The notes under the pieces are model-generated. The model was not told where the DNA came from. It did no database searches and saw only the letters and a list, made by a program, of their open reading frames with translations. A stretch of 64,000 nucleotides of DNA from Felis catus. Its lineage: Eukaryota. Where the stretch lies: assembly GCF_018350175.1 (NCBI RefSeq), contig NC_058380.1, positions 86,304,001 through 86,368,000 of the forward strand, written 5' to 3'. Each line of letters starts with the position of its first letter. Positions within the stretch are counted from its first letter, which is position 1. Shown piece by piece: positions 62,652-64,000 of this stretch. Position numbers and translations under genes: made by a program.

Positions 62652-63370
62652 TCAAGCCCAAACGCCACCACCCCCTCCATCTCCGGGGCTGACCCCAGTC
62701 AGTGCACTGGTATAGCACCTGCTTTGCTTTAAGATGATGGCATTTGGGGAGTTCGGGTTTGTTTCCTTCATTCACTTACTGAACAGCTGTTCCGTGGGCA
62801 CTTGCCTGGTGCCTGCCCTAAGTTGGTGCTGGGGACCCGGCAATGAACAGAAGAGGGGGGACTTGCCCTAAGCCACTCACGGCCCAACACCGGGCAAAGG
62901 CACGTGAGCAGTTCTCAAGTGGGCTCCAGGTTTTCTTTACTAACATTTCCCTCCAAAGTTCTGCAAGATTTTGCCTTCCAACCACACTGCGCTTCTTAAG
63001 CAGTAACCAACCAATTTTCCAACAAGAAAAAGAAACAAAAACAAAAACCTAAAGGCCCTCACAAAATCCGCTGGCATTCATCATGCCCAGGGGCGAGCAA
63101 GATAACCGGAAGGACTAGAACTCCAATCAAAGGCAAAAGCAAATCAGTAACAGGGCCGTACAGTGCAGTGGTTAAGGGCCTTAAGGGTTGCGGTTCTCGC
63201 CACTATACTACACACTGGGACACCTCCAGCATCGTCCTCATAGCGCTGTTCTGGAGATTTCACGAGACGAAGCAGGTAAAGCGCCTAGCACCGTGCCCGG
63301 CACACAGCAGCTTAAATGGGTGCTAGGGGTCGGCTTCAAGATCCGGGGGTGGAAGGTAAGACGAAGGGCG

Positions 63371-63502
63371 NNNNNNNNNNNNNNNNNNNNNNNNNNNNNN
63401 NNNNNNNNNNNNNNNNNNNNNNNNNNNNNNNNNNNNNNNNNNNNNNNNNNNNNNNNNNNNNNNNNNNNNNNNNNNNNNNNNNNNNNNNNNNNNNNNNNNN
63501 NN
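63371..63502. other. Assembly gap (132 N) probably hiding DPM2 exon 2
   Basis: Run of N between DPM2 exons 1 and 3. Confidence 0.95.
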
Positions 63503-63766
63503 GAAGTAACTCCCCCTTCAGGTGCACTACTGGCGGGGTGGCGTCGCAGCCTGCTTACGCTAAGCTTCCCATTCACTCAACAGCCGCAGACAGGCCTGAC
63601 GAATATCACTTTGCGGGCTGGGCGAATGCCGGGCCGCGGGATTTTCACTCCTTCACTGGGCCGGCGGGAGAGCGAGCCATCCCGGCTCCGAGTGCCCAAG
63701 CCCCCGCTCCGCGCCAGACCCCACTCCCAGCCGCCTCCCGCCCCCCGCACTCGGTCCGGTGCTCAC

Positions 63767-63769
63767 CAT
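63767..63769 (-). CDS. DPM2: DPM2 exon 1 coding part (ATG only)
   Basis: gagATG|GTGAGC in a CpG island; 3+90 (missing)+103+59 = 255 nt would give 84 aa. Confidence 0.8.
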
Positions 63770-63850
63770 CTCCCCGGCGATCCCTCCCCGGAGCCAAAGC
63801 CACAGCGCGCTCCGTGTCCGGGCCCTTCTGGCCTTGGGCCGCGGGGCACG

Positions 63851-63960
63851 CTGGGAGTCGTAGTCTTTAAGCGGGCCCGGGACTACGTATCCCAAGACAG
63901 GAGGGTGCCGCCCCCCCCCTTCGCATGTCGGGAAATGTAGTTTCCGAGGGCATTATGGGA
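63851..63960. promoter_or_regulatory. DPM2 promoter with clustered ZNF143/THAP11-type (SBS, ACTAC...TCCC) motifs
   Basis: CTGGGAGTCGTAGTC at 63851, GACTACGTATCCCAAGA at 63881, GCATGTCGGGAAATGTAGTT at 63923 and GCATTATGGGA at 63950. Confidence 0.7.
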
Positions 63961-64000
63961 CACGCTGTTCCCAGACGCTTTCTAGTGAATGGAAACGAGT

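Overview
Mammalian genomic DNA from a cat-family carnivore, judged by the abundant tRNA-derived CAN-SINE/SINEC_Fc-type repeats. It is syntenic to the human AK1-DPM2 block at 9q34.11. Five spliced genes lie head-to-tail on the minus strand: AK1 (194 aa), ST6GALNAC6 (333 aa), ST6GALNAC4 (302 aa), PIP5KL1 (396 aa) and DPM2 (84 aa expected; exon 2 is missing and probably lies in an N gap). I traced each visible exon by its GT-AG boundaries and reading phase. The first four spliced CDSs close in frame. The rest of the window is CpG-island promoters, SINEs, MIR/L1/L2/MER relics, one probable solo LTR, microsatellites and two assembly gaps. Almost all other ORFs in the six-frame track are GC-rich noise. 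I found no wholly new gene system. The most interesting unannotated structure is regulatory: (1) an ST6GALNAC6 first coding exon made from an antisense MIR, which also starts a 44-codon overlapping uORF whose stop overlaps the internal ATG (ATGA); (2) a start-stop element in ST6GALNAC6 and a strong-Kozak uORF in ST6GALNAC4; (3) an in-frame acylation-signal exon (AK1-beta type) preceded by RFX X-boxes; (4) a ~30-bp-periodic CCAAT array in the ST6GALNAC6 3'UTR. Repeat family names and human/mouse comparisons come from memory of consensus sequences, not from a database search.
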